A stretch of DNA of 64,000 nt from Azolla caroliniana. Its lineage: Eukaryota > Plantae > Polypodiophyta. The notes beneath the pieces are model-generated. The model saw nothing but the letters and a program-made list of their open reading frames with translations. It was not told where the DNA came from and made no database searches. The position numbers and the translations under genes were made by a program. The stretch spans positions 20,150,001 through 20,214,000 of the forward strand of contig JBHGNT010000011.1 in NCBI GenBank assembly GCA_043228905.1, given 5' to 3'. Numbering within the stretch: position 1 is the first letter of the stretch; every line of letters starts with the position of its first letter. Below are positions 47,200-62,606 of the stretch, in pieces.

Positions 47200-50100
47200 A
47201 GAAATCCCTATCTCAATAACTCTTGATGCATCACCTTTGGATTGATTTTTGAATGAGCCTACCACTTTAGTTATATGAATCCATGACATGGGTCAATGTT
47301 TAGATCTGAAAAACTTAGGCAAGAGTCATATGAAGAATCCAATGGTAAACACACATTGGTGGTAGCGTGCAAATATTGGAATGTGGGTCTCATTAAAGAA
47401 TAATCACCATCTAAACTAGCATCCATATGTGGGACTCGGGACCAGTATAATAACTTGGACCAACTCTTAGCATTGCATATGTTATATTTTGATTTGTAGC
47501 TTGATTGAATACTGCCACAAAAATGTCATGGTGCTAATTTATAACTTTACCAATATTGAGGGAACAACCACTAGAAAAGGTAGAGTTGGCTCCCACTATG
47601 GCCCAATCAATATGGGCACTCTCTCCAAGATAGTGCACTTTTGAATCTCCAATGAAGCTACTCCAAATAAGCAGTTGTTCCTCAATCTATTCTTGAAGGC
47701 TATTGGGATCTCTAACTAAGAGGATTGAATGTTTAAGCCAAATGCTAATATCTTGGTGACGTAGAACTTGCTAACGATGGCAAATTTAGTAAGGCTTTCC
47801 CTAATGGATCACTAGATTATAGAATACGCATTTTCACCAATAGATCAAGATGGTTACAATTGTTGGATCTAGATAATGTATTATGCTCAAAAAGGAAAAT
47901 TCCCAACAAGGCAACATGTGATAAGGTTGGATTATTGTTCTCATAATATTGTTGGTCAAATTAGGATTATCGCCTATTGGGGGTTGAATTGGGCTCTCAA
48001 CTACAGTCAGTTGGATGAAACATATCAAAACCAATTATAGTAAGAAGGTGAGGATTTTTTTGACTCATTTTTTGATTGTTAGTACAAGTTTTTAGCGGTA
48101 AGCAACGAAAATCATGAGATAATCGGAGATAGCGAGATGGTGGATGTGGACATGAGGAAGCTGGTTTTCTGTTTTATGATTAGGATGAGTGATGTTGGTG
48201 TGGGGGTTGAAGCAAATTATTATGAGAAGGTGAGAATTTTTTTTACTCAATTTTTGCCTTTAGGATTTTAGCGGTAAGCGGCAGAAATCCTAAGATAATC
48301 GGAGATAGCGAGATGGTGGATGTGGACATGAGGAAGCTGGTTTTTTGTTTTGTGATTAGGATGAGTGATATTGGTGTGGGGGTTATTTGTAGAGGACCTC
48401 AAGTTGGTGGTAAGCGGTGAGATGGTTGATGCTAACCGAAGGAAGCATAATTTTGTTTTGTGATAAGGATGAGTGAAGATGGTGTGGGGGTTGAAGCATA
48501 TTTGTTTGAGGTGATAAGGACATAGATCTTTTTGTTTTATAGGTTGATGATTGTGGTGATGAGGATTGTTTTCATGTCTTTAACTGCAGTAGTTGCAGAA
48601 GGTCTTCACGGCCAAAATTTGCCAAGCAGCTTGAGTGATTGGACCAATACAAATGCATTCTATGATGGGTTGACTATACATGCTCAAATTGTTGAAGACA
48701 ATTTTAATGGGTAATAAGCAATAACTAGTGGACAACCAAGTTAGAGATGTTGGTCCCCGATTCTATCACCTTATATGTAGTCTCCTAGCTTGCCGTAGCA
48801 AAGGTGTTATTGCCAAAGGCCGAGAGTTGTATTCATGGATTATAATTATCCTTATCTTGCCAAATGTCATCACTTATATTTGGTCTTTTCTTTAATTATA
48901 TATACTTGTGGAGATGAAATATTATTATATACTATTTGTATAGTGCCTCTGGCCTTTTTAATTTTAATATCAATGGAGTATATGTTTTATGGGGGGGGGA
49001 GAAAAACATATCAAAACCAAATGTCTCTGCGTCATGACAATCATCAATGTGAATGTCTAACTTTTGCTTTCCAATTTGCCAATAAAGCTCGTTAGAGTGC
49101 ATGTGTGGAGTGTTTGTTGAAGTTTCTAGAATAGTGTACAAGAAATAAAGAGATCGGGTACCAATTAGGTCCCTCAATTAGAAAATGGCGGAACGAGCAT
49201 GCCTAAGAACCTTACTCATGCATGAGACATTGAAATATAGTTGTAGGTACAATTAAAGAGTCCGAGGACAATAAGCTTTTAAAATAAAGACTTGCTTATG
49301 CATTTAGGGTTCAAAACTCCCATTTTACCTATTGATTCAGGAGAGCAGTGCTTGACAAGTCACAAGACATCATAGCATGGTTGTCAATAGAAAACCATCA
49401 AATCATGATGAAATGTAGTTTTTTAAGTGAATAAGCTTTGTATTACATCCATGTAACATCCAATATGAGGTAGTACACCAAGCAATAATTAAGAACATTA
49501 GCTTGCCCATAAAATAGTGGTAAATAGTGATAGATTCCTCGATTGTTGTATCTGCTCCGAGATAACACCTTCGATTACTCCTAAGGTAATCGAGTCAAGG
49601 GGTCGTGGTACGTAGTAGTGGGCAAGAACCCCGAGATTGAACGACTAGTTAATTACAGAAAACGGTTGGCCAAAACCGGCCTTGTAAATTGTACTTGAAA
49701 CTAAGATAGCAAATCGAAATGACACAGATAGAGGCTTGGCCAGATTAGACCCACAAAGATAAATACATTAATAGATTCAGGTACAACGATTACACAGCTC
49801 ACGCCCGGAGTTCTATTCTCATACAATCGGGTAGATAACAGTAAATCTCTCTAGACTAGGGTATCCCTCCTTGATTCCTCGATGACCAATTTACTAAGTT
49901 TAGTTGGATGTTGTGCATTGCACGTTGTATCTCCATGAGAAGGGCAACATCAATTACGACAAAAACCAAGTTAGTTACAAGTACGGTATGAAAGCTAGAT
50001 ACATCCATTAGATTCTCTCATTAAAGAAAGTGACTTTTTCCTCATATGATGCACCTACAGGTTTGATCCAAAGCTAGGGGGTTGTAAGCACCAATGTAAG

Positions 50101-50600
50101 GTATCTTCCACATATTCGTGTTTGCAAAGATCCAATCCAACTAATAGTTGAGGATGGATCTCCTTGGTGCTCAACCTCTAATGTATGTATACATAACTTC
50201 AATGTAGGAAAAAAAAACACAATATCATTCCAAATAACAATCATGACAAACAAAGGCCGAGAGAGAAATTTGACGTTCAATATACTCACATAGCAGTTGT
50301 AGGCATGGTGATACATTCATGAGGTACTAGAGATGTATTGGCTCAATGTCCTTCTAAAAGTAGATGGTGCCTCAAGTACATTTATAGGGTTATTCTTGGC
50401 ACAAACCCAAGGGCCAACATAATATGTATTGACCCGCTCATGTGGCATCCCCAACCATGAGAGACCACGAGAAAATGAATGGGAGATAGGCAAATGACCA
50501 AAGGATGGAGTATGCTATGCATCTATCTAGATCAAGTAGAGAAATTTGAGTCAAGTGAGGCAAGATCTTGGCATGTATGTAAAACTATCCACAATGTTAT
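47200..50600 (-). mobile_element. Degenerate LTR retrotransposon remnant (Gypsy-like)
   Basis: On the minus strand, an LTR-end-like ...CCTTACA is followed by a PBS-like TTGGTGCTTACAACC near 50080-50100. Internal tandem repeats and stop-riddled pol-like sequence lie downstream. Boundaries are approximate. Confidence 0.35.
48040..48510. repeat. ~180-bp unit repeated 2.5-3 times
   Basis: ttttagcggtaagc...gataatcggagatagcgagatggtggatgtggacatgaggaagctggtttt...taggatgagtgat..tggtgtggggg at ~48089 and ~48266, with a diverged third copy at ~48405. Confidence 0.9.
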
Positions 50601-52591
50601 CGAAGACACCTCCAACAATCCCCCCATTAAATAAAAGTTATTGTAATGATCTAATAACAATAAATTCCGCTAACAAAAACGCTATGTATCATTATTTCAT
50701 AATAAGAAGTCAAGAGCCCCACATTGTAAAATAGGAGTTATTATAATTCTATTATTTATTTATTTCGTAAAAGATTTTCAAAGGCTTTCCTTCAAGTTTG
50801 GTTTGTTTTTTTATATATCTCTATTTTTTATTTTGCATTGCCTTCTTTCCCCTCTCTATGTTGATTGCCTAAGGCCTTTTACTTTTTCGTTGTTTTAACT
50901 GGTGAGACAATTGATGGACATGGACATTGCAGTATTGATATGGGATTTGCCATCTAGCATCTAGCACCCATAGTTCATTGTGAGGTTTTTATGAAAAGAT
51001 CCTAGTCACTTTCAAAGATTTCAAACCCTTTTATTGTCAGTTTTTTTGTGTGGTGTTGTTTAAAACCGTGTACCTTCATCAACGAGATACATGCCCATGC
51101 CTTGCATAATTGAACTTACTTGATCATCTTCACATTGTCCTCTCAAGCCTTCGAGGGAAAAATATCCTTCTAGCCTTAGAGCCTCGATTTGAGCAACATA
51201 ATCATATTATGTTGCAACCTAATATTATTAGGTGCTCTACATATGTAGTTTGTAACATATAATTTAGTTTCATACAATTGCCTTGATGCATCGTAATTAA
51301 TTTGTTTAATATTTTAAAGTTTTCATCATGACAAATTAATTTGATCTAAATAGGCAAAATAATAATTTGATTCAACTACATTATAATTACAATGCAACCT
51401 TAGATTCCACCATAAAAAAATAGTTTTTTCCACATGTTACATCATAATTAGTATTATTATACCAAAATTAAGGTACATAATAATCTACTTCAGAGCTTCC
51501 ATTTAATAACACACACATTAGTAGCTCCTTTTTTGGAAAAATACAAATAAGGCACGCACTTCACCTTTTCTTTTTCAATTTCTCTAGGGTTAGGTTTAAT
51601 GTTAGAGATTATTTCTAATGTAAGCATGAAATAATGAAATAAATGATAGATCGATATGAAAAAGAGAGAGAGAAAGAAGGGTGCCGATTCACCTGACCAC
51701 CCCTAAGCTAAGGGATCAAGATGGACTCGAGCCTTGGTTGGCATCCCATAACACCACCATGGCATCAAGTCATACTTGGTATCAGCGCACTCACTACAAG
51801 AGCATGTTCACCATAACATCATTGTCTCAATGTAGTCGAATAAGATGACTAATGAGGGTAGCTAGGCCTCGTACGTATAGCCAAACCGAAAGCCCCCAAG
51901 CAAGTTCACACTTGGCCCTAATGGATTGTGTAATGGATTGTCTCAATTCCTAGGATTGAAAGTAATCCTCCCTCCTTACCACTCTCGATTAACCCTCACA
52001 CGTTATCCTTGTGTGTAGAATACTATGGTACAACTTACCACAGGATCGCCCTTTATTTTTCTATGGATTGGTTATTCTCTATATTATGAACTATTGAAGA
52101 ATATAATAGATACACTTCAGATACATAGTGGTACAATGAATATCTTCTATATTCTTGTTCAATGACACCATGGGTCAACATTTTTCTTAATTAGCATGGC
52201 TCAATTTTTTCATTACGTTGCTTGTTCTACGATATCTAAAACATACATTATACAATCATGCATAGAAACGTACACATAAGATTGTTATTGTCCTTTCACC
52301 CCTATACACTCTCTATATATACCAATGATTATATTGAGAAGTGTGTGTGAAAAACACTATAATGGTACCACTGCTAAATGAGTAGTTGGACATGTTGAAT
52401 CACCAATTGGTAAGATGAATTCTCTCTCTCTCTCTCTTGGTGAAAACACACAATTATATTAATAAATGTGTGTAAAAAACACTACTTACAATAGGTGTGA
52501 CAATGGAGTATGGTCACCCATCAACTACACTACACGGGTAGTGGAACATGTTGAATTGCCAATAGGCAAGATGAACACTCCACCAAGGAAA

Positions 52592-52640
<49 letters not shown>

Positions 52641-53257
52641 TTGGGGAAGAATTTAAAGATGTGCTTATTTCACTTTATTCATGAAAGGATAGCCAAATCG
52701 AGATATATATTAACCTATGGAGCTACATGGTAATAAAAAAGGAGTATTATATATCAAGCAATCTGGAGTACGAAAGTAACATATGACACTCTTGATTCAC
52801 CATGTTGTGGGGTCACCATTACTAATCATTCTTTGCTTTGGTTGTTCAGCTTGGTGCATGATCGTGATCCTTCAAGATATTTGGTTCAACGTAGAAACAC
52901 ATGGTTATGAAATCCATGGATATGACCCATGGAAATGAGACCAATGTCTCCAAGTTTAGAAAATATGAACACTAAGAAAAGTGTAGCGACCACATGACAA
53001 GAGAGCATTTTGATGGTCTCGCTCTCTCAATCGAGTGTCAAGTGGAGTCTAGCCAAGGGACAGTTATTTCCATTTCATATATTCTTGAATGTTAAGTCAA
53101 GCCAAAATCATTTCATTTCTTGTTTGTACGTCAAAGTCAAGTCAAGCAATTTCATTTCTTCTGTTTATGTTACTCTGAACTTTGAAGTAAAAAGTCAAGT
53201 TTTTTCTCTTCCCCCTTTCTGCTTGTTTCTTTTCTTCTTTTTTCCTTCAGAGCTTCC

Positions 53258-54119
53258 ATGTCTGCGAACAGTGAAACTGTGCGGATGAAGCTTGCTGTGC
53301 AGGCGGACTGGGACAACAAGCACTTCTCCAATTCTCTCTCTCTGCACGTCAAGCGCCTCTTCGAGTTCGTTCTGCAGTTCGGTAGTGACCTCTCTATCTC
53401 CCCCCCCCCTATTGTTTCATTTATTGGAAAACTAGAAAACCCTAGATCTATTCAAATAATTGCTCGTTTTGAGTCGCGCATTGCTCTTTGAACCAGATCG
53501 TTTTCTTTTCTCGTAGCAGATTTTCTTCTTCTTCTTCTTCTTCTTCTCTCTCTCTCTCTGTCGGTGAATCCAGTTCCATCGGTTAGACGTCTGGAAACCT
53601 AGCTTTGGTCATGAATGATTGTCTCTTGCATTCTAATGTTCATTTTAGAAGCATTCGCTCATTTTTTTCTTGTAATGTAGCGTTCATTCTTCTAAATATT
53701 TTTCTTTCTTGTGATGCCTCTTTTGTTCTTTATTGAACAGATCCTTCTTTTTTGTTGTGCACGGGTCTGCATTTCTCGTTTTCGATCAATCTGTTGTAGT
53801 ATATAACGCTGTTCTGTAATGCACCATTCTTTTTCATGTAATGGATCAGTCGTTCTTTTTTGTGACAGATCTCCTTTGTTTTGTGATAGCCGTTCTTCCA
53901 TCCTTTCTTCAGATGGATCGTTCTTTATTTATTCTTTCTCATGATGTATTCTTTCTTATGATGGATCTGACTGTGTTTTGTTTTCTGTCAGAGTCTACCA
54001 CCAGAGGTAAACTTGCCAAGCTAAACGAGAAGTTGACGCTTATAGAGAGACAGCTCGAGTTTCTCGAAGCTCAAGCCAGCTCTGCAAATGAAGGATTCAT
54101 AGGAGAAAGAGAAGAATGA
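53258..54119 (+). CDS. BRK1: BRICK1/HSPC300, SCAR/WAVE complex subunit
   Basis: Exons 53258-53381 and 53992-54119 give MSANSETVRMKLAVQADWDNKHFSNSLSLHVKRLFEFVLQFESTTRGKLAKLNEKLTLIERQLEFLEAQ... Confidence 0.95.
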
Positions 54120-56229
54120 GAATAATTTTTCTCGTCTCCGTTTTCCTTGCTCACGTTTTACCTGGTAAGCAGAACTTCTTGGGCTCCTGTCACGGAAAAC
54201 CATTTACATCCTTACGAGTGAAATAATATGGTTTGAGTCTCGGTATCGTGTGCGCATAGCTAGTTCTCCATTTATATTATCCATCATGGTACAGTTCTTA
54301 CTGACCAGAATGTATTGATTGTTATCAGGAACAATAATGTTTCTGCCAATCTTTTGTTGTATCAGATAGCCTACGGTTTTGCCTTTGTTGTGGACAGTAT
54401 TGATCATGGTATAAAATGACTATCTTACTGTCATTATTAGTATGTTTTGATAGCGTTTCTGTAAGCACACTGCAAGTAAATGATTATGTTCGGATGAATT
54501 TAGTATTAAAAGGTCCATTACGAACATCTCTAGTAATCATCTGTCTGTCATAATACAGCTTTTCTGGTTCTCTGAGCATACATCCTACAAGTCAAAAGGT
54601 TATGCTTTGTTTCCTGCAATTTTGAAAGGGCTATTATGAGATCTCTAGTAATGATCCAACTTGATACATTTCTCATGGTGATTATCATCAGGATTGATAG
54701 TGCTGTGTATCAATGTTATATTGTGTCATTGCCGGTGCTTTGTTGCAAACTTCCTGAAAAATGAGTGCAATTTTTGTCACCGTAGTTTGGTGTTAGATTT
54801 CAACCAAATTATTTCATTGATTCAATCGTATGATGGGGTGTCATCCCACAATCTGTATGTGTTGCAAAACTGAAGTAACAGGGTTACATTAAAAATGTGG
54901 ACACAGTTTCTAATGAATGTTATGTGTTATGTACTACAAACATGAGTTCAAATGTTTGACGTTGAATTATTGTACTGCATAGTTTTACAATATATGATGA
55001 TTAGATAATTTATTTGCTTCCTTTATGTTCTTCCTGCAGCTAATTTACCTTTTCCTGAGATGTAAATAGATGTGATAGTATTGTTGCTTCAAGGAACTGA
55101 ATGCAGTAAAATTGCTTCTACATAAAGCTATTTCACAGTTGCTTGCTGGTTTGCTTAAACCTAACCATTACACACGATGCCCTCAAAAGTCAGTCTGGGG
55201 ATGATAATAGCACAATAAACTGTGGGCAATTGTACGTGCATAATTTGTCCACTGTAGATTTTTGAGCCAACTAATTTATGTAGAGGCATTGCCAATGACT
55301 TTGCATATTCAAATCCACAAATTGGATTAGTGTGTTAGTAGTTTGAGATGCAGGAATAAACTTATATAAAATAAATCCTCAATATGATGATGATAACATT
55401 ATGTAGTGGAAGCCAAAAGCTTGCTTAGACCTATCTTCTAGGGTGTATTTGTAACTTATGTAAGGCCTCTTCTAGATGGACACAAGGCACAAATGGTTTA
55501 AGAGATCGAATGAGGGGTCACAAGTGGTCACACTACTTGAGCTACACATAGACAATTTGCTAATGATGAAAATTCAATCATCCAATGTGTTATCTATTAC
55601 ACTCACAATGATCTTACCATAAAATGGAACGAGAATGCTCACTCATATTTTTAAAAAATTCAAGGGAATACATTCCCATGTCATCCAAACCTAAGAAGGA
55701 ATTTTCTTTCCATCTCACTCAATAGTCATGATATTGAATGGAGCAAAAAAGAAGAATAGCTTGAGCAATACCGCATCAACATGGTTTGTCCAATCAAGAA
55801 CCCAAAGACGATAATATGAGATGTTTACAATTGCCATCCAATACTTCCCACAACCAATCATCCTATGCAGCAATTATGTTCAACTTGGGAATACCATCCT
55901 CTTAAGCACACATGTACTTACAAATATGTACGCATCTGTGCTCTCTACGCAGGTGCGTTACATGCAATGTTATTTATTAAACTCATAACCCCCATGTGGT
56001 TTATTTGAGACGCATTGAAATAATATTTTGGATCCCATCGGTTCTCTTACAGGCCTCTCAAGAACTTTAATACACGCCTGCATCATCATCTCTCTCTGCC
56101 TTCCCTCTCTCCCTCTGGCCCAAGCTTGGGAGAGAGAAAAAAGGGATGGAGTGAAAGAGATTGAGGTTCAAGTGCAAGAGGAAGATTTAAAGAGAAGAAA
56201 GATAGATGGGATGACATGAACTTTTGAGC

Positions 56230-57050
56230 TACTCCTACATTAAGTGAGAAGCTCAAGCAAACATGTCGCTTTTTACATTACTTTCAGGATGAAAGCGATA
56301 AAGGCATTATTGGTATAGCATTGTGGATGAAGAGTCCAAACATATTGCAAAACCTGCCCTTTAAAAGAGTTTCAACACAAGTTGAATTTGAGCAATTCAA
56401 CACTGTTTTGGAGACAACCAATGGCACATGATTGCAAACAAATTATTTTAGAAGAAGGGATTTTATTATCCTTATCTTGATGTGAAGCATAACCTATGTG
56501 ACAATATTGAAACATTTCCATGCAGTATGTGGAATTGATGAGAGAGGGAGTTTAAACTCTTTAGAGACTTGCATACTTTTCATGTAGCACGTGTGAAATC
56601 AATGAGGCAAAGAGAGAGAGCCGGTCAGTCCTTTAGTTGAGATACTTATGTGAACTATTTTAAGACTTAGGTTGCTAATCCAAGGCACTGATGTGGAATG
56701 TCGTTCTGGAAGTACTGTTTTGATTGAACTTACAACCTTATGTTGACAGCAAAATACTTCACCCATATAAGAGAGAGGGGGGGGCAATGAATAGCGTTCA
56801 TATCCTAGAGAGCATACATATGAGGTTCAGAGATGAGTCTTCAGGATGTATTGAACATGAAGGTGCGAGATGTTAGTCCATTGTAAAGGATGTAATAACA
56901 CTGCTATAATTTTCTTTGTTAGTGTTAGTATGAGGTTAAAATTAATTACCAATTGTTAAGTCAATTGATTAGTCAAATGTTTCAACAATTAAATCAAGCT
57001 AGCTTCAATTATTGATAATTATTACCCTCGAGATGGTATCAAAACAAAAT
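56230..57050 (+). mobile_element. Possible Copia-like LTR remnant
   Basis: PPT-like AGAGAGGGGGGGC at ~56775, then AT-rich LTR-like sequence and a PBS-like TGGTATCAAAAC at ~57033; coding similarity is too decayed to confirm. Confidence 0.25.
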
Positions 57051-58077
57051 TTTACACCGTGTCAAAGGGTATGTTTGTCAACTCACCCTACTCTGGTGAA
57101 GCGGCACCCATTAAAATCTTACAGTACGCCATATATCTCATGACCATAACAAGAAGATCACTTCATCATGGTATAGACCTGTCTGTTTGCTCCCTAGGTT
57201 GATGAAAACCATTACTAACATTATACAAATTTCAACCATCGTAGCAGAGGCACAAATCATTGGCACTTGCCATTATCTAGTTTTTCTAACAATCACAGTT
57301 ATATCTGTACATACATTTACGAGTACTACAACAGCAAGGATTCCACCATTACAGATACGTAGATTTCTAGAAGATTCCAATAGATCTTTCAAATCCCATG
57401 TGAAACTTAACAAGAATACTAGTATCCCACAAATTGGAACACTCATAGCAGAACCACACATCTTTCAAATTTCGATATTTCGATAGAAATGGAATTTTGG
57501 AAACAAACAAATCACAAATGTTTAGAGATTTGGCTGTATTTGCAATTAAATAATAATGAAGTACCAAAAATTATAAATTGCTTTAGGTTTCTTTGCAAAG
57601 TCCAAACAAAAATGAGGAGACTTCCGTACCCCATTTCAACTCCATAAATATTAAAAAATTGATCTACTTTCCAAGTCATTCCTTTAAGCTTAAGGAGAAT
57701 ATGTACATATTATATACAAGTCCTAGATTGATGATTAGGGTCACCTACCTATAGGATTCAACTAAATACCTCAATACTTTTACATATAGAAGTTAATGAT
57801 CTCTTCACTCTTTTTTCTATAATCTGGAGTATGGCTGAAACCATCTTCCAAATACACCGAACCCAAGTGTTGGTACCGAGTGTCCAATTCTGTTGTGCAA
57901 TGTACTGTTTTAGAAAGAATAAAACAGTTGTATGTTTTCGTTTTTTGATCCAATTGGAATTGATTCTCCAGTGCATAACATACATTTTCCCTTCTCTACA
58001 GCTCCATGTATGCAGATACAATCATTGTATCACAGAGTTGGTACCAGTGCCCCAAATAGTATTTTGTTGCAATTTTC

Positions 58078-61000
58078 TTATCCATCCATATCCACTTCAC
58101 TATTCCACACTATGTCCTTCAGACCCGTCCGAAAATTCTCACAAAACTACATCATTCAGGGTAAACACTAAAAATCAAAAAGTTCCATTTCACAAAAGGG
58201 TGCACTATATATGCAAATATATTTACAGCTGTGATTATATTATTATATATCATATAATTCACATACCTTATGATACTCCAAGGTATCTCCGTCAGCCTTT
58301 CTTACTTCAACCATGAAGAGTGTAGGTGCAACCTCGAAGACCTATTTAAATAACAAGTTACTTAAAATAAAAAAAGAAGAATTTGAGAATTGTATTGTAA
58401 TTAATACCCCAAAATGGTGTATTAATAAATACCTCGGTTGCAATGGATAGATGACCTTTCCTACCGGTTTCTGCCCCTTTAAATTTCATCTGATAGCAAA
58501 TCGTGCTATTAGTATATCATCCACAAGCATTATAATCTAGCATAAAATAAAGACAATTTACATGGCAGTGAGGGGAGGCCTACTACAATGAAATCTTACA
58601 AAATTAGGGTAAGTTGTACGACATACAATATACCCTCTTTACCGTGATTAGGTATATCATGGACCCTTTAAACTTGATAAAGTATTGTCTCTAGTACAAC
58701 GGACTAAGTCATTCACTGACAATATACCCTCTTTATCTTGATTAGGAATATACAGTCTCTTATACAAGGACCCTTTGACTTCACATACTGTAACGAATGT
58801 CTCATCATCAACTATTTTACTGGAGACTTTACCTTGTAGTTTTGTTTTTGTACATTAAAACCAAGCGGCTTTGCAGTTTCCTCCATCTTTGATATTATCT
58901 CTGGTGCAGGATGTTTTGATGTAAACCGACTCTCTTGTTTCGGCTCCTATATACAACAATGAATTTTATTAATAATGATGCTTTGCAAAAGGTGTATGCA
59001 TTCTATAGGCATGTGTATGTATGCACAGACATGGGAATCTATTAATAATGATACTTTGCAAGGATAAAGGTATGTATACGCCAGGCATGTATATGTATAT
59101 AATTTGTGTAAATTTGGATATATACTATAGGTGATGGTGTGTATATGTAGAGACAGGTATATGTACATGTATAACAAATTTGAATATATAAATATATATA
59201 TATATACTTATTTATTCATTCATTTAATTATTTATCTATGCATGTATATAGAGTACACATCCCCACAAATTTCAACCCAAAGAAAAAAGACCACTAAATG
59301 ATTCTCAAGAGAACCTGCTTCTTTTCAAATAATCCTGATAGATTCAACCCTTTGTTTAAAGAGATGAGCTCAAATGCATTCAATAATGTCGGCTTGGAAC
59401 TCTTCAGCTCTTTTTGTTCCGTAACCAGGCATTCCTGAATACATCAAAGAGAAGGCAAACAAGTTAATAAAATAAATAGGAATTTAAGTTATTCTGTTAC
59501 TTTTTCTGCAAATTTGAAATCTGTTATTAAATTCCTACGGAAAAATAAAGTTACATTGTTATAATTATAATTATTGTTCTCCCAAGTCATTTCAATGTAT
59601 ACCTAGGAAAAAAATAACAATGTTAAGAAGGTATAGGATTGGGAAAGCCAAAGAAACCAGAGCTTACAGTCGATTCACTAAACACGGCATTGACATCATC
59701 TAGGTTAATATTCTGAGTCACCGCCTGCTTTTCAGGTTTGTAGCCTTTTCGAAACCATGGATCTTCAAGTATTTGTGGGATTGTAATTCGCTGAAAAAAC
59801 AAATCAATGCATGTAGTCTAATAAGATAAATTGAAATGAACTTTATCTTTTATAGAAAAAAATAAAGCAAGATTTGACTAAATGGAGCAAAATTTGTCTT
59901 CTACATGTTTCGGATTTGGCGTTAAGATCCTTGAGATCAATCTCTTTGCTCCACTGGAGAACCACGATGGACATGTAAACTCTCCTTTGTAGACCTAAAA
60001 GGATAAAACAATAAACAACTGTTTTTATATATAAATTGGGAAAGATGCAACAGATCAGGACACGTATTAAATGAGGGTTTTTATATATAAATTGGGAAAG
60101 ATGAAACAGATCAGGATACATAAATCCTCCATACTTGAAAATAAAAAATATGTCTCATAATAATATTGATGGAAATACCTTTTTATATAGGTTAAGAAGA
60201 TTTTTGTCTTCAAATGGTAAGTATCCAGCCATTAGAACAAACAGAACCACTCCACAGGACCATAGATCAGCTTTTGCCCCATCATATCCTCTATCAACTA
60301 TAACCTGAAAATACACCGCATCGCAGGAAATCCAAAGAAAATATAAGAAAAAATTATATGAGTTTCCAGAAACAGATCTATGTTCATTCTTATACCTCTG
60401 GTGCAACATAATTGGGTGTACCACAAGTAGTATGAAGCAGTCCATCTTCCTGTTAAAATAATGTATTTGAGTAAAAAATGTACATAGATGAATGCACTAT
60501 ATAACCAATCTAGTGACTAGATATTACGGAGAGAATACAATTATGAAAAGATTTACTCATTAGTCGAAAGAAGTTCTATTACATCTAATATGCACTAATG
60601 TTAAGTTAGTCATTAGATTTGTTATGGGTATGTTAATAATAGATCTAATATTTCACACCATATTTATTTTCGTTCTTACCCTGCATTGCTGTGGCAAAGC
60701 ACTGAGACCAAAATCTGAAATTTTCAAATTCCCTTTGGAATCCAAAAGTAGATTTTCAGGCTGTAGACAGAAAGAAAAATTAAATCATAAGTAAAAAATG
60801 AGGGACTACAAGCTGATATTAGAATGTTTCGAAAAACCCAAGCCAAAAAATTATGGACGAACCTTAAGATCTCTGTGGAAAACCCCTCTACTATGGCAAT
60901 AATCCACAGCATTTATCAATTGATGGAAGTATTTCCTAGCTTCATCTTCCTTAAGCTTCCCATGACGATTCTGTTATATCAGACATCTTCAATGGTTATA

Positions 61001-62606
61001 TAAGAAAAGATGAATAAATATGCAACTATCCATATTAAAAACAATTTGCTAAAGAATAACTTGACAGGATTAATTTCATTACCAAACATATCAAAATAAA
61101 GATTAAGAATTTGGAGTAAAAGAGAAAGACAAGAGAATTTTACTAACAATTCTATTGAAAAGCTCGCCTCCAGTCACATATTCCATGACCACATAGATCT
61201 TCGTTTTACTTGCCATCACCTGAAACCCATCATTGATTACATTTTGGTAATATATTTAAGGAAATAACATTTTCGACAAGCATCTTTCCTAAATAAAAAA
61301 GGAGTCGAAAAAGCATCATAGATCACATTTAGGTCCATACTTAAGGAAATAACATATTAGACAAAGATCTTCCCTACATAGGAAAAGAGAGCATTTTCCC
61401 TATGTATTCTGTTTCTAGATCCCAACAACAGTTGGGTGCATACATGAATGAATGTGCGCATAAATGGAAGGGAAATAAGCAACCAAAACAGTGGCCAACC
61501 TCAAATAGCTGCACTACATTGGGATGCTTCACTAATCTCATGGTAGATATTTCTCTTTTGATCTGCACATACGAAAACAACAATAGGTGATTTGTGGTTA
61601 GAATTGACGAGATGGGATTCTTGAAAGGAAAATAGTCATATTTCTTGAAACGAAATCTAAAACTTGACTTTCAAAAGAGTATGAATTGGCTTCATAGAAG
61701 AGTGTCAAGAAAGACCATCATCCAGATCAAAGATGGAGCGCAGACATATACAACCAGAGTCTTAACAAGCCCATCAGAGAGAAAGATAACCGACTTAATA
61801 CATGTGTATATCATAATGTGTACATCAGACATACAGCAAAAAACTCGTCTTGAAACGGCATATCAAAGACAGACACAGTGAATTTACATAGAAACAGTGT
61901 ATTAGAACTTCAACTTGGCATGACTACTAACTAGCACATGGAGACGCCATATATAGTACATATGTATACAATATACAGCATGTTATGCATCGTCTTAAAG
62001 AACATAGCCATCAAGGAGACGGATGGTGAATATAGGAGGACCTATGATAAAAAAGAAAATATAATTAAAAACAGGAGTTCTAACGAAACACATCAGGGTG
62101 GCAGATAGATAAAAATTCAAGCAAAACAGAAATAGAGTCGTTAAGAAGAAGACAATTGGGGGTAAAATAGGAATGGGTATACAAATATAAAGACTAATCA
62201 TAACCGAGTCTTGAGGGCATTGGAGTGAAAGAGAGTAAGGTATGCACACATATACGGGTATGCATATGAACAGACAGAAACATTAAATGTAGTGTGTGTC
62301 TGTATGTGATTTGAGGAAACTGAGAAACAGAATGAGAGAGGGAGAAGAAGGAGAAGAAGGAGAAAGAGAAGGGAGAACCTGTTCGACCATCTTGTCTTTG
62401 AAGATCTTTTGCTTGTCAAGGATCTTGATGGCAACATGAAGGCCAGTGACCTTGTGCTTGGCATGCTTCACCTTTGCAAAGTTGCCTTCCCCTAGCACCC
62501 TCCCCATCTCGTACATCCCCACTATATTCCGCACGCCCGAATTGGATGACCCTCCATCGCCACTACTACCACCGCTACCGCTACTCCTGTCACTGCTACT
62601 ACTCAT
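58078..62606 (-). CDS. CIPK: CBL-interacting protein kinase (SnRK3), intron-rich clade, 14 coding exons
   Basis: Exons from 62606-62379 to 58146-58078 give [54 protein letters not shown], the NAF motif [29 protein letters not shown] and GLKDIVW. Confidence 0.96.
60022..60120. repeat. Short direct repeat in a CIPK intron
   Basis: ttttatatataaattgggaaagatg(c/a)aacagatcagga occurs twice. Confidence 0.85.

Noticed and set aside
48040-48510. CRISPR-like or other array interpretation of the repeats
   Set aside because: Long diverged tandem units without unique spacers in eukaryotic DNA; typical retroelement-internal repeats.
55928-55962. Small hairpin containing GTGCTCTCT (miR156/529-like seed)
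   Set aside because: The stem is too short for a pre-miRNA and the match is only ~9 nt.
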